Below, piece by piece: positions 36,928-49,750 of a stretch of 64,000 nt of DNA. The translations under genes were made by a program, and so were the position numbers. The stretch is taken from assembly GCA_950097015.1 (NCBI GenBank), contig CATNEN010000029.1, positions 8,246,001 through 8,310,000 of the forward strand. Reading direction: 5' to 3'. The notes under the pieces were generated by a model. The model saw only the letters and a program-made list of their open reading frames with translations, ran no database searches and was not told the origin of the DNA. How positions within the stretch are numbered: the first letter of the stretch is position 1; every line of letters starts with the position of its first letter. Source of the stretch: Macrostomum hystrix (taxonomy: Eukaryota > Animalia > Platyhelminthes).

Positions 36928-39900
36928 TGATGTTCTGAGGCAATGATGTTCTGAAGCTATTGATGTTCTGAAGCTATTGATGTTCTGAAGCTATTGATGT
37001 TCTGAAGGTAATGATGTTCTGAAGCTATTGATGTTCTGAAGCTATTGATGTTCTGAGGTAATGATGTTCTGAAGCTATTGATGTTCTGAAGCTATTGATG
37101 TTCTGAAGCTATTGATGTTCTGAAGCTATTGATGTTCTGAAGGAAATGATGTTCTGAAGGTAATGATGTTCTGAAGCTATTGATGTTCTTAAGCTATTGA
37201 TGTTCTGAAGGTATTGATGTTCTGAAGCTATTGATGTTCTGAAGCTATTGATGTTCTGAAGCTATTGATGTTCTGAAGCTATTGATGTTCTGAAGCTATT
37301 GATGTTCTGAAGCTATTGATGTTCTGAAGGAAATGATGTTCTGAAGGTAATGATGTTCTGAAGCTATTGATGTTCTTAAGCTATTGATGTTCTGAAGGTA
37401 TTGATGTTCTGAAGCTATTGATGTTCTGAAGCTATTGATGTTCTGAAGCTATTGATGTTCTGAAGGTAATGATGTTCTGAAGCTATTGATGTTCATAAGG
37501 TAATGATGTTCTGAAGCTATTGATGTTCTGAGGTAATGATGTTCTGAAGCTATTGATGTTCTGAAGCTATTGATGTTCTGAAGGTAATGATGTTCTGAAG
37601 CTATTGATGTTCTGAAGGTAATGATGTTCTGAAGCTATTGATGTTCTGAAGGTAATGATGTTCTGAAGCTATTGATGTTCTGAAGCTATTGATGTTCTGA
37701 AGGTAATGATGTTCTGAAGCTATTGATGTTCTGAAGGTAATGATGTTCTGAAGCTATTGATGTTCTGAAGCTATTGATGTTCTGAAGGTATTGATGTTCT
37801 GAAGCTATTGATGTTCTGAAGGTAATGATGTTCTGAAGCTATTGGTGTTCTGAAGCTATTGGTGTTCTGAAGGTAATGATGTTCTGAAGCTATTGATGTT
37901 CTGAAGCTATTGATGTTCTGAAGCTATTGATGTTCTGAAGCTATTGATGTTCTGAAGCTATTGATGTTCTGAAGCTATTGATGTTCTGAAGCTATTGATG
38001 TTCTGAAGCTATTGATGTTCTGAAGCTATTGGTGTTCTGAAGGTAATGATGTTCTGAAGCTATTGATGTTCTGAAGCTATTGATGTTCTGAAGCTATTGA
38101 TGTTCTGAAGCTATTGATGATGTTCTGAAGCTATTGATGTTCTGAAGGTATTGATGTTCTGAAGCTATTGATGTTCTGAAGCTATTGATGTTCTGAAGCT
38201 ATTGATGTTCTGAAGGTATTGATGTTCTGAAGCTATTGATGTTCTGAAGCTATTGATGTTCTGAAGCTATTGATGTTCTAAGCTATTGATGTTCTGAAGC
38301 TATTGATGTTCTGAAGCTATTGATGTTCTGAAGTAATGATGTTCTGAAGCTATTGATGTTCTGAAGCTATTGATGTTCTGAAGCTATTGATGTTCTGAAG
38401 CTATTGATGTTCTGAAGCTATTGATGTTCTGAAGCTATTGATGTCTGAAGCTAATGATGTTCTGAAGCTATTGGATGTTCTGAAGCTATTGATGTTCTGA
38501 AGCTATTGATGTTCTGAAGCTATTGATGTTCTGAAGCTATTGATGTTCTGAAGCTATTGATGTTCTGAAGCTATTGATGTTCTGAAGGTAATGATGTTCT
38601 GAAGCTATTGATGTTCTGAAGCTATTGATGTTCTGAAGCTATTGATGTTCTGAAGCTATTGATGTTCTGAAGCTATTGATGTTCTGAAGCTATTGATGTT
38701 CTGAAGCTATTGATGTTCTGAAGCTAATTGATGTTCTGAAGCTATTGATGTTCTGAAGCTATTGATGTTCTGAAGCTATTGATGTTCTGAAGCTATTGAT
38801 GTTCTGAAGCTATTGATGTTCTGAAGCTATTGATGTTCTGAAGCTATTGATGTTCTGAAGCTATTGATGTTCTGAAGCTATTGATGTTCTGAAGGTATTG
38901 ATGTTCTGAAGCTATTGATGTTCTGAAGCTATTGATGTTCTGAAGCTATTGATGTTCTGAAGCTATTGATGTTCTGAAGCTATTGATGTTCTGAAGCTAT
39001 TGATGTTCTGAAGCTATTGATGTTCTGAAGCTATTGATGTTCTGAAGCTATTGATGTTCTGAAGCTATTGATGTTCTGAAGCTATTGATGTTCTGAAGCT
39101 ATTGATGTTCTGAAGCTATTGATGTTCTGAAGCTATTGATGTTCTGAAGCTATTGAGTTCTGAAGGTATTGATGTTCTGAAGCTATGATGTTCTAAGCTA
39201 TTGATGTTCTGAAGCTATTGATGTTCTGAAGCTATTGATGTTCTGAAGCTATTGATGTTCTGAAGCTATTGATGTTCTGAAGCTATTGGTGTTCTGAAGC
39301 TATTGGTGTTCTGAAGCTATTGATGTTCTGAAGCTATTGGTGTTCTGAAGCTATTGATGTTCTGAAGGTAATGATGTTCTGAAGCTATTGATGTTCTGAA
39401 GCTATTGATGTTCTGAAGGTAATGAGTTCTAAGCTATTGATGTTCTGAAGCTATTGATGTTCTGAAGATAATGATGTTCTGAAGCTATTGATGTTCTGAA
39501 GCTATTGATGTTCTGAAGGTAATGATGTTCTAAAGCTATTGATGTTCTGAAGCTATTGATGTTCTGAAGCTATTGATGTTCTGAAGCTATTGATGTTCTG
39601 AAGCTATGATGTTCTGAAGCTATTGATGTTCTGAAGCTATTGATGTTCTGAAGCTATTGATGTTCTGAAGCTATTGATGTTCTGAAGATAATGATGTTCT
39701 GAAGGTAATGATGTTCTGAAGCTATTGATGTTCTGAAGCTATTGATGTTCTGAAGATAATGATGTTCTGAAGCTATTGGTGTTCTGAAGCTATTGGTGTT
39801 CTGAAGGTAATGATGTTCTGAAGCTATTGATGTTCTGAAGCTATTGTGTTCTGAAGCTATTGTGTTCTGAAGCTATTGATGTTCTGAAGCTATTGGTGTT

Positions 39901-40290
39901 CTGAAGCTATTGGTGTTCTGAAGCTATTGGTGTTCTGAAGCTATTGATGTTCTGAAGCTATTGATGTTCTGAAGGTAATGATGTTCTGAAGCTATTGATG
40001 TTCTGAAGCTATTGATGTTCTGAAGCTATTGGTGTTCTGAAGCTATTGATGTTCTGAAGCTATTGATGTTCTGAAGGTAATGATGTTCTGAAGGTAATGA
40101 TGTTCTGAAGCTATTGATGTTCTGAAGCTATTGATGTTCTGAAGGTAATGATGTTCTGAAGGTAATGATGTTCTGAAGGTAATGATGTTCTGAAGCTATT
40201 GATGTTCTGAAGGTAATGATGTTCTGAAGGTAATGATGTTCTGAAGCTATTGATGTTCTGAAGGTAATGATGTTCTGAAGGTACTGATTT
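36928..40290. repeat. 17-bp satellite (GATGTTCTGAAGCTATT / ...GGTAAT), ~195 copies
   Basis: Tandem units with scattered 1-nt indels in the 38.3-39.9 kb part. Confidence 0.97.
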
Positions 40291-41450
40291 TCTGAAGCTC
40301 CTTAAATCCCTGAATTCTGTAGTTCTATGGCTCCTGAAAAAATACAGATTATAAAAAAATAAGAATTGATAATCAGACAAGAAATTCTCCAAACAAGGTC
40401 GCCTGCTGCTCAACTAATTGCAAACTGCTCAAAGATGACTGCTCAGTACGTTGCCCTTCATTTTATTATCATAGCAAACAAAATAACAGATGGGAAATGA
40501 AGCGATTACAATTTTAACTAAAAGGCTAGTTTAGCTTATTAATGAACCAATGCGAACTAGAAACCTAATAATCTAGCTTTATGTGCTGCCAAAAGCCCCG
40601 TTGAAAATTGTCAAGGGACGGATAACAAATGACTCAAATTCAAGCTTGGCTGCGCTGATGCGAAATTTATCTCAATCGAGAATTAAATCCTAATTTAGCC
40701 TACTGAAAGTAGAATGGAAAGCAAATATAGTTCGCTTTAAAAGCTACGACTGCTCTGGAAAAAACTGCTGGATAAGCTAAGATAGTGGCTAGCAGATAAT
40801 GTCAACAGCACACGAAGATGTAGGCTTCGGTAAAAGTGAGTTAATGTCTTCTTGGGATTGCAGCACCCAAAAATGGGATTTTAATGCCAGCATGCGCATT
40901 CACTAGGAGAGAAAAGTAAAAGGGGACAAAAACATGCAGGAAGCTGGAAGAAAACTAAGAAAAAGCACAGAAAAATTGAAGTTATATACATCGATCATTT
41001 TACGGTTAGAAATAACAAAAACGATCGCTAGCTTCCACTTGGCATTTGAAAAAAACTAGACTTCGAGTAGTCGATCAACTGGCAGATAGCACACGGGATT
41101 GTGCAAAATATTGTGTACAAAAAGCTGATTATTAGAAATCAAATCAATGCTGATATTGAAGCATAAATCAATATAATTAGCTAGCACATTTGTGGCACAG
41201 GAAAAAGTAGTGAATAAATAATGAAGCAGGGTCACGTTGCTTCCTAATAACAAAAAAACTCGCAGTACAAGCTATTGTCCAGCTTGTAAATAAGCAAACG
41301 ACAAAAGCTTTTGTCTGGGTTGTTGAGTTGTGTACAAACCATTCAACTCACAGCACCTTTGCATTGGCTGGCAGATCAATTATCAGAGGATGATAGAGGC
41401 TAAAGAATGAGATTTTTTCAATCAACGATTTCAATGCACAAATCACTGAA

Positions 41451-41883
41451 CAGTAGAAGGACCACGTATTTCTAATACCCAAATAATTATTTTTTTCTGT
41501 ATCTACCAAAATATTCGCCATGAAAATTCAGAACACGGCCTTAAATTTTCCGCTCTATTTTATGAAACCACTCCCAGAATCACAAAACATCGGCATCGTC
41601 AGGATATTCAACGATTCCGGTGGCAAGAACCACCAGTATAAAGAAGATTTTTCTGCTCACAAAATGTCATTTTGTAACCATGTCGGCTATCATTGTTTAC
41701 TATTTTGGATTGATTAAATTGTTCGTTTTTCAATTTTTCGATTTGTTACGAAAGTTAGTTTATCGTAACGGGCGGAAAATTATGATTTTGATGGACTTTC
41801 TCACGAAAATCGGTCATTCGGTTTGGGAGCTGTCGTGAAGTAGGCATTGGGTATTTGAACTAGCCCCTGTGGTCATTGTACTG
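41451..41883. mobile_element. Putative MITE, CAGTAGA family
   Basis: Starts CAGTAGAAGGACCAC and ends GGTCATTGTACTG; internal blocks are shared with 30019-30548. Confidence 0.55.
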
Positions 41884-41953
41884 CTAAGGAATTGAAGCCT
41901 ATTTATCCAAACTAAGTAACAAAAGTTTTGCTGATAAGCGAAGTGCTAAGTGC

Positions 41954-44284
41954 TCACAGCGCTGTACTCGCAGGAGGCTGTGCCGCCGGCCCGAAGGCGG
42001 TGGCCGGCTCCTCCTCCATCAGCGGCGCTGTTGGCTCGGCGAAGAACACGCTGCTATGCTTGTCCTCGGCTCCACCGGTGCCGCTGTTGCTTCGACGCCT
42101 GCGGCGCTTGGTGCCGTTAGCGCCTGGCGACATCGCGGCGATGCTGCTGTGGCTGATGTTGACGGCGATGGCTTCGCCGATGTCGGTGGAATTGCCGCGG
42201 AGGTCCACCCCGGAGTAATGCGTCTTGAAGGCGCGGTAGAGCTCCGCGCAAATCTCCGTGGTGATGAGGTCGCCGCAGTTCAAAGCCAGCATGTGCAGCA
42301 CAAGGGCTCCGTCGTGCCGCAGGAATTTCGCTACAAAGTTCTCCACCATCGGATGCTCGTCCTTGTCCTTGCGCGACAGCAGGTCCGCCAGGTAGAGGTA
42401 CTTCTTGAATAGGCGACTGCGGCGATGGCTAAGCAAGCGGCTGCACCAGAGGACAACGCTAAGCAGTGTGAGGGCAAGCACCAGCACAAACCAGAACCAA
42501 AGGAAAATGAAGATTTTCTCGTGTATCATGTTGACAGGTAGGGAGCATTGCGCGAATATGTACTGGGCGTCCGCTGTCTGACGCAGCTTGACAGCGCAGG
42601 CGCCGCTCCTGGGGAACAGGCCCGTGTTCTGCCAGTCGGCTCCGCTGATCAGCTCGCTCAGAAGGTCGATGCCAAATCTGGAAGTGGCGCGTATCAGTGA
42701 GCCGTTCTTGTTCCCAGAAGCCGTGTCCAGCTGCAGCACGCGACCCATGAGCAGCAGCTGGCCGAGTAGGTTGACGATGTACATGCACTTGATGGCAAAG
42801 TAGCCGAACACTAGCCAGGTGCCCATGCGCTTCGACGGCATGCAGCAGGACGCGTAGCGGTAGATGCGCCGTTTAGTCAGCTTCATCGGACTCTGGCTAA
42901 TCTCGCGCGTGTTGTAAAGCCAGAGCTCCAGTTGGCGGGTCACGTGGCGCGTCAGTTTCTCCCGCTTTTCGCCATCGGCTCGCCCGGCCTCGCTGGCGAT
43001 TCGAACCAGCTGGGTGACGTCGGTGCCGGAGCGTTGACTAACCATGAGGTGCCAGACGATGCGGGGCATGCAGAACATGACGCCCTGGACTCCGATAATG
43101 AACGGCAGCCACTGATAATAATAGATTTTGTGCTTGCGGTAGGCGGCCTCCCAGTTAGGATTTTCGTTGCTGATGTGAAATTTCTCCAGCGGCACATTGT
43201 AGGTGCCCTCCGTGTAGCAGTAGTTGTTAACGTAGGCCGAGTGGCCCTCGTGCGAGCCGATAATGTTGGGAATATAGCAGAATATGGGATTCAGGAAGTA
43301 GGTCTTCACGGTGGTGGCGCCGCTGAATACCATCAGGAAGCAGACTGGAGTGCAAAAGGGTTTTCGGAGTCGATAATTAATCGAAGGTAAAAAACGGCTA
43401 GAGGTCATGCATAGCAGAGCAGAGCGGGGAAGTTCCGATGCACATTGTAGCATTTAGTCCAGGGGTCGGCAACATTGTACTGTATGCCCCACGGACCGCA
43501 TTGAGTCCGGACCGCAAAAGAGAAAGCAGACCGCATTGAGTTGGTGAGATGAGACAGGAAAGAGATGAGACAGGAAAGAGATGAGACAGGAAAGAGATGA
43601 GACAGGAAAGAGATGAGACAGGAAAGAGATGAGACAGGAAAGAGATGAGACAGGAAAGAGATAAGACAGGAAAGAGATGCGACAGGAAAGAGATGAGAAG
43701 AGGAGAGATAAGACAGGGGGATGACACAGGAGGGAGATGAGACGGAATAGATAAGTTGTTAAAATGGGTTCAGGGGCCGCATCTGGCGGGCGGGAGGCTT
43801 CCAGTCGCTGACCTAGAAAATAGCTTTAATTCAACTTTTTGGCCTTCAATTAAAGGGAAATCACTGTTCAGTCCATGGACTGGGGGTGCCAAACCCACCC
43901 AAAATTGTTAGCCATTCCAACTAATGCTGGCACCCTATTTTACAGCTGGTGAACTGAAGAAATTGCCAATTCAGATTCAAGGCTCAACGACAAAATAAGG
44001 TGGGCTGAGATTCGAACTTCCGACCGCTCAGTCAGAAGTCCTCAGCTCTCACCACTGGGCTACAACGGCCCCAAGTGGAGCTGGGTCCATCAAGGACGGT
44101 TAAACAGGAAGTTTTCAATTCTAGATTCTATATCCAGACGCCCTCTATTAGCCCGTAAAGATCCGGCATTGAGTCCACACTCACCAGTGAATATTGAGCT
44201 CAATCTATCAGCAAAGTCGTCTAGACCAACGTGTGTTAGCAGCTCCAACTTGCCGGCCGCCGAAATGAAATCGTGAACTACCAT
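41954..44284 (-). CDS. Innexin (paralog B); exons 44284-44185 and 43344-41954 (496 aa)
   Basis: Exon 1 encodes MVVHDFISAAGKLELLTHVGLDDFADRLSSIFT (100 nt, phase 1, ACTG|GTGAGT); acceptor CTCCAG|TC. Motifs: NYCY, YYYQWLPFII, FPRSGAC, CSLPVNMIHEKIFIFLWFWF. Confidence 0.92.
43460..43815. mobile_element. Degenerate hAT-type MITE with an internal GAGATGAGACAGGAAA minisatellite (innexin B intron)
   Basis: Left TIR CAGGGGTCGGCAAC; right subterminal GGGGCCGCATCTGGCGGGCGGG with a decayed TIR (GTCGCTGACCTAG). The TSD is not recognisable. Confidence 0.6.
44001..44072 (-). pseudogene. tRNA-Arg(UCU)-like pseudogene or SINE head
   Basis: The reverse complement GGGGCCGTTGTAGCCCAGTGGTGAGAGCTGAGGACTTCTGACTGAGCGGTCGGAAGTTCGAATCTCAGCCCA has A/B boxes and loop CTTCTGA, but the stems do not pair properly. 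Confidence 0.55.
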
Positions 44285-45039
44285 CTTCGTCTGGTCGGTG
44301 GCTTCTATGCCGCTGCTTTGATGATAGAAGAATAAGAAGGAACTTGAGTAATAGGGGCTGAGATGCGATAGTCAATATTGAGTTGGAGTTTTTAATGAAC
44401 TACAGTTGTTTGAGCGTAGAATACCTGGAATGAGAAAATAATAGTTTTGTGTTTAAATTTAATTATTGCAAGAACTTTTTCTACAAAGAGACGATTAATA
44501 GAAAATTATTAAATTACATGGCAATTTATCTGACGACGTCATCTGATTAGTAGCTAGGGTCTGCATCCTGATTGTCGCATGCATCTTTGGTGCGAGTACA
44601 ATCACTACATGTATCTAGCTATAGTAAGTCTAGAAAAAATGATGAAGACATCTAAACTCGTACACTAGCTATGCTAAACTAGCGAGATGACAATAACAAT
44701 TTTTATTAGTAAGAATATTTGCTTTGTTACTCTTAGTTAGTCTTGCCCTCTGAGGAACCTCTGCCAAACCTGTGCTAGCAAACGAAACCACGGTTCTGTC
44801 TGAGTATCGCTGTTTGAGCACTACACAGGCTGGGGCGCTGAGTCAACATCAAAAATTTCTAATTTTACCTATCTCGTAAGCACAATGCATTATAAGCGTA
44901 CATATGCGAGACTATTTGAATGTGCTCAAAGTCAGTTTGAGCACAATTTAGGTATAGCATGTTTTCGTAGTGCAAACAGTGGTATCATTGAAGCATTGCC
45001 ACATTGCGAAAACGATCTACGAATAGTTCTAGACCTACG

Positions 45040-45280
45040 GTGTACAATGTGGCAGAATGGTGTACAATGTGGCAGAATGGTGTACAATGTGGCAGAATGG
45101 TTTTGAATGTAGCACAATGGTGTAAAATGTGGCAGAATGTGTACAATGTGGCAGAATGGTGTACAATGTGGCAGAATGGTTTTGAATGTAGCACAATGGT
45201 GTAAAATGTGGCAGAATGTGTGCAATGTGGCAGAATGGTGTACAATGTGGCAGAATGGTGTACAATGTGGCAGAATGGCT
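45040..45280. repeat. 20-bp minisatellite (TGTACAATGTGGCAGAATGG)
   Basis: Tandem units visible directly. Confidence 0.9.
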
Positions 45281-46727
45281 TAGAATGTGGGGCACCAGCA
45301 GAAAGTCCCGTTGCTAAGCCAAATGAAAGAAGCAAAAGTGCTAAAACGCAGCAAGCAACGAGGCTACTGAATGCATCAGTGATTACCATTTTAGCATAGA
45401 AAAAGTTAACTTACTTTTTGTTAATCCGGAGCTTCCGGAGAAGTAAGTCACGTGGGCTCGTTGATGAGGCTGAGAAGCTGGTCCGCTTCAGTCAAGTCGA
45501 CGGACGCCGAGTCCATTTTGTGTCTATGGCACTGGCTTCAGCAAGCGAGTGCAAACTGCATCATCATAGAGCAGTTTGTCACTCAGAAAATGTACAAAGG
45601 AAATCGATGAACAGCTAGCAGTTTTTGAGCCCAGAAATGGTTGCGAACAAAGAGCTATTTATATTTGTATGAGCTGTGCGTGAGCTATATTAGTATTTTA
45701 GTTCTCTTTGTAGTAGTTAAGAAAAAGAACTGGTTTTCATTCAGAGAGAGAGAGGCAGTGAGATAGCATGCCCGCTGTGCTAGGAGTGGCTCTGAGTCAC
45801 TCATTGGCCTATCCGACGGTACGGTGGGTTCCCCTGCCACAGTTGCAACCAACTGCTTTGCAAAGAGCAGCGAAAACCCAATGAGCGTCGAGTGAACTGA
45901 ACTGCCCTCTATAGCAGTGGAGAGGCAAGAGGATGACAAAACAAGGGGTTTGTTCTGTGGGGGGATATAAAACACGTATCTGCCTCCAAATCCAAGAGTG
46001 GAAAATGGGACACTGTAGAAATGGGGGAAGATTCAAGCGGAAAAAAGTCACCGACCGAGGACAAGGTCGTCTAATGCAACCAACCAATCAAATTCATTCT
46101 AGTTTGTGTGGCTCTAAGTGCATAAGCGAGAAAACTGTACGGGAAGCTATCAAGTGTACAGTCACAGCTGAGTCAGAACCGTTGAATCAGATTGGGCCCA
46201 GTTTTGCAGGCAGCACGCGTTAAATTGAAATCTATTTTTAGACATCCTTGTTAGCTAGACTCTTAAAGTAGGAAATTTGGCTGCCCAGTTTAGCCAACTA
46301 AACGCTAAACGCTTCGATAAAATTCGCTCTCCTATTAAGATTTTGATTAATTTCGATAAAGTTTCTGGATGTAAACTTCCTGTCTTAATTTAGACATTCT
46401 AGAATAAGCTGTGTGAAATTTGAATTTATTTTTTAACACTCGAATGATGTACTTGGTATTCGCGTAGGTGTGTTACGAGCACAAAATTTGTTTCTTTTCA
46501 TGGCTATCAGATAATAGCCGCCGTAACAAAAATAACTAAATTAGTAAAATAGCATGGGCCTAATCTTATCTGCTCTTCGACTAGTGAGTCAGCTTTAAAC
46601 TAGTATATGAAATATTAGAGAAGACAAGTTGATAGCATTTAGACTAGAAATAAGCGGCAATGTGGTAATGCGAGCTTTTGGCGCAAAAAAATGTTTTTTT
46701 TTGGGGCCGGAATGACACTCTACAGCA

Positions 46728-47590
46728 GTGGAATGACACTCTAAGGGATAGGAATGACACTCTAAGGACACTCAAAGGGATAGGAATGACACTCTAAGGG
46801 ATAGGAATGACACTCTAAGGGATAGGAATGACACTCTAAGGGATAGGAATGACACTCTAAGGGATAGGAATGACACTCAAAGGGATAGGAATGACACTCA
46901 AAGGGATAGGAATGACACTCAAAGGGATAGGAATGACACTCTAAGGGATAGGAATGACACTCTAAGGGATAGGAATGACACTCTAAGGGATAGGAATGAC
47001 ACTCTAAGGGATAGGAATGACACTCAAAGGGATAGGAATGACACTCAAAGGGATAGGAATGACACTCAAAGGGATAGGAATGACACTCTAAGGGATAGGA
47101 ATGACACTCTAAGGGATAGGAATGACACTCTAAGGGATAGGAATGACACTCTAAGGGATAGGAATGACACTCTAAGGGATAGGAATGACACTCTAAGGGA
47201 TAGGAATGACACTCTAAGGGATAGGAATGACACTCTAAGGGATAGGAATGACACTCTAAGGGATAGGAATGACACTCTAAGGGATAGGAATGACACTCTA
47301 AGGGATAGGAATGACACTCTAAGGGATAGGAATGACACTCTAAGGGATAGGAATGACACTCTAAGGGATAGGAATGACACTCTAAGGGATAGGAATGACA
47401 CTCTAAGAGATAGGAATGACACTCTAAGAGATAGGAATGACACTCTAAGGGATAGGAATGACACTCTAAGAGATAGGAATGACACTCTAAGGGATAGGAA
47501 TGACACTCTAAGAGATAGGAATGACACTCTAAGAGATAGGAATGACACTCTAAGGGATAGGAATGACACTCTAAGAGATAGGAATGACTC
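46728..47590. repeat. 21-bp minisatellite (GGATAGGAATGACACTCTAAG), ~40 copies
   Basis: A near-perfect array; the source of the SFLSLRV ORF. Confidence 0.97.
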
Positions 47591-48269
47591 TGTTGAGATT
47601 TAAAAATGCTTGCTACTTACTCGAAATCAGTCGAAATCTCTCTCAATAAATTGAGCTCTCTACTCTTCAATTCGAGTTCTTGCTTCATCGATTTTGGATG
47701 TCTTTCTTAGAAAATTCCGTCCTTGGCGTCCTTGAACTTTAGCTGAGTGATGAAGCTACAGCATTTGTGCAGCGTATAAATGAAAGTAGATAGTTGAAGT
47801 CTAATTACGGATAGCTCATATTCTGCGTCCATTTTCTGGCGTCAATAGCCGTCTATTTCGGCCTAATGAACATTCGTTAATTACACAAATTCTATACATT
47901 CGCTTCAAACTTGGCTTGAATATTAAATTAGCAAACACTAGTGCCATATTCATAGTCGCCAATGAAATATCAATACTAGTACCTGTTCGCCATTAATTCT
48001 GCCGAAACGAGTACAGATGTACCGCGAAGCGAACCCAACTAGGGACAGGAAATGCTGAAGATTTAAAAGCCAGTTTAATCGGTTCACGTTGTAGAGCAGA
48101 ATTTTAATAGAGGTAGCAAAACTATTGTACAAAATCTGTGAAAACTTAACCAACTATGAAGTTTGTAATACAGAATTACTGGAAGTTAGAAAACATTAAA
48201 ACCAACCTGCTTCAGCAAACAGAATCTCCAACACTTGAGAATTTAAAAGCAGCCCATACAGAACAACCA

Positions 48270-48810
48270 GGGAATCCCATAGTCCAGGGAATCCTACACT
48301 CCAGGGAATCCCATACTCCAGGAAATCCCATACTCCAGGGAATCCTACACTCCAGGGAATCCCATACACCAGGGAATCCTACACTCCAGGGAATCCCATA
48401 ATCCAGGAAATCCCATAAACCAGGAAATCCCATAATCCAGGAAATGCCATAAACCAGGGAATCCCATACTCCAGCTAATCCAATACACAAGGGAATCCCA
48501 TACTCCAGGGAATCCGACACTACAGGGAATCCGACACTACAGGGAATCCCATACTCCAGGGAATCCCATACTCGAGGGAATCCGACACTACAGGGAAGCC
48601 CACACTCCTGGGAATCCCATACTCGAGGGAATCCGACACTACAGGGAATCTCACACTACAGAGAATCCCATACTCCAGGGAATCCCATACTCGAGGGAAT
48701 CCCATTCTCCAGGGAATCTGATACTCCAGGGAATCCCATACTCCAGGGAATCCTACACTCCAGGGAATCCCATATTCCAGGAAATCTCATACTACAGGGA
48801 ATCCCATACT
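48270..48810. repeat. 17-bp minisatellite (CCAGGGAATCCCATACT)
   Basis: Diverged tandem units. Confidence 0.9.
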
Positions 48811-49384
48811 CAGTCTCACAATCTGACACAGTCACAGAACATGTTTGTGTCGGCATTCAGTCATATCCTCGATGCTTATTCTGGTACATAAACTTTTGTG
48901 GAAGATATCGCGTTAGTACGAGTATATTGAAAAAAATTATGTGATACATTTTCACCCAGTTGTGTTCATTGCCTTTTTTCGCGATGCTGAAATAATCTGC
49001 AGACATGTGACCCAGACAGAAATTATGAATGCATTTTCTAAGACAAATGTACAGAATTTCCTAGCGAAAATGCATATAATTATCTTCTATAAACAGCACA
49101 ATTGAAAACAAGTGCGCACTCGAAGCTTTCGGGCCATCAGTCTGCAAAAGTTTTTTTCTTAACAAAGTTCATCAACGCATACATTTGAACCCTTTTTGAC
49201 TCTGGGTTCCCACGGATAACTGGAGATGTTTCAATAACAGACAAAGCATATGCAAACGCATCACGGGTTGGCGCGGCAAATCAACACCATTGTTGTTGTT
49301 TGTGTCTGACGGTGCTTGTGCGAGCGAGAATTCGGTTACTTACTTACTGCTGGCGTTACTGTCGGCATTACTCTGTATCAGAGG

Positions 49385-49750
49385 GTGAGTGCAGAGCGGT
49401 TAATGCGTTTGCCTCTCGCAATAATGTCCCTAAATTCGAATCCGCGTAATTACATTTACGAGTAATTAAGGGCGCAGCCGCGGAGAGAAGGCTTGGGGGC
49501 TTGTCGTGCAATCTACGCCCTTGATGGCCAACCTCCAAGGCACTGTGAAAGTGTACACTGCCTGACGATGAGAAAGTCAGGGCAGATGTACACACCTGTG
49601 TGAGAGTGTATCTGCATACAGTATCTGTGTGCCTGTGTGCTCAGGAGCCAGCGAAATGGGCAGAATTGCCTCCTCGCTGGCTGCGGGTCTGGTGTCAGCA
49701 AATGATGTGCCACTGCCTGCAGTCGTCCTGCAATTATAATTATTTTTATT
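49385..49750 (+). mobile_element. tRNA-derived SINE, copy 5 (near full length)
   Basis: Head GTGCAGAGCGGTTAATGCG...AAATTCGAATCC (A/B-box-like), then the conserved core and an ATT-rich tail. Confidence 0.8.

Noticed and set aside
38300-39900. Biologically meaningful variant zone in the 17-bp satellite
   Set aside because: Scattered single-base indels look like unpolished long-read errors and cannot be distinguished from real variation without the reads.
44001-44072. Functional tRNA-Arg genes here and at 57431
   Set aside because: The acceptor, anticodon and T stems do not pair, so they are recorded as pseudogenes or SINE heads.
45933-46223. Tc1-like transposase HTH fragment (GRFKRKKVTDR...ISEKTVREAIK)
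   Set aside because: The resemblance is only vague, with no DDE domain or TIRs found. It would need an HMM search.
49555-49595. Hammerhead ribozyme in the SINE core (CTGACGA-TGA-GAAA)
   Set aside because: The core letters are present, but there is no stem III and no UH cleavage triplet before stem I. CTGAC instead pairs with the downstream GTCAG, giving a plain hairpin.
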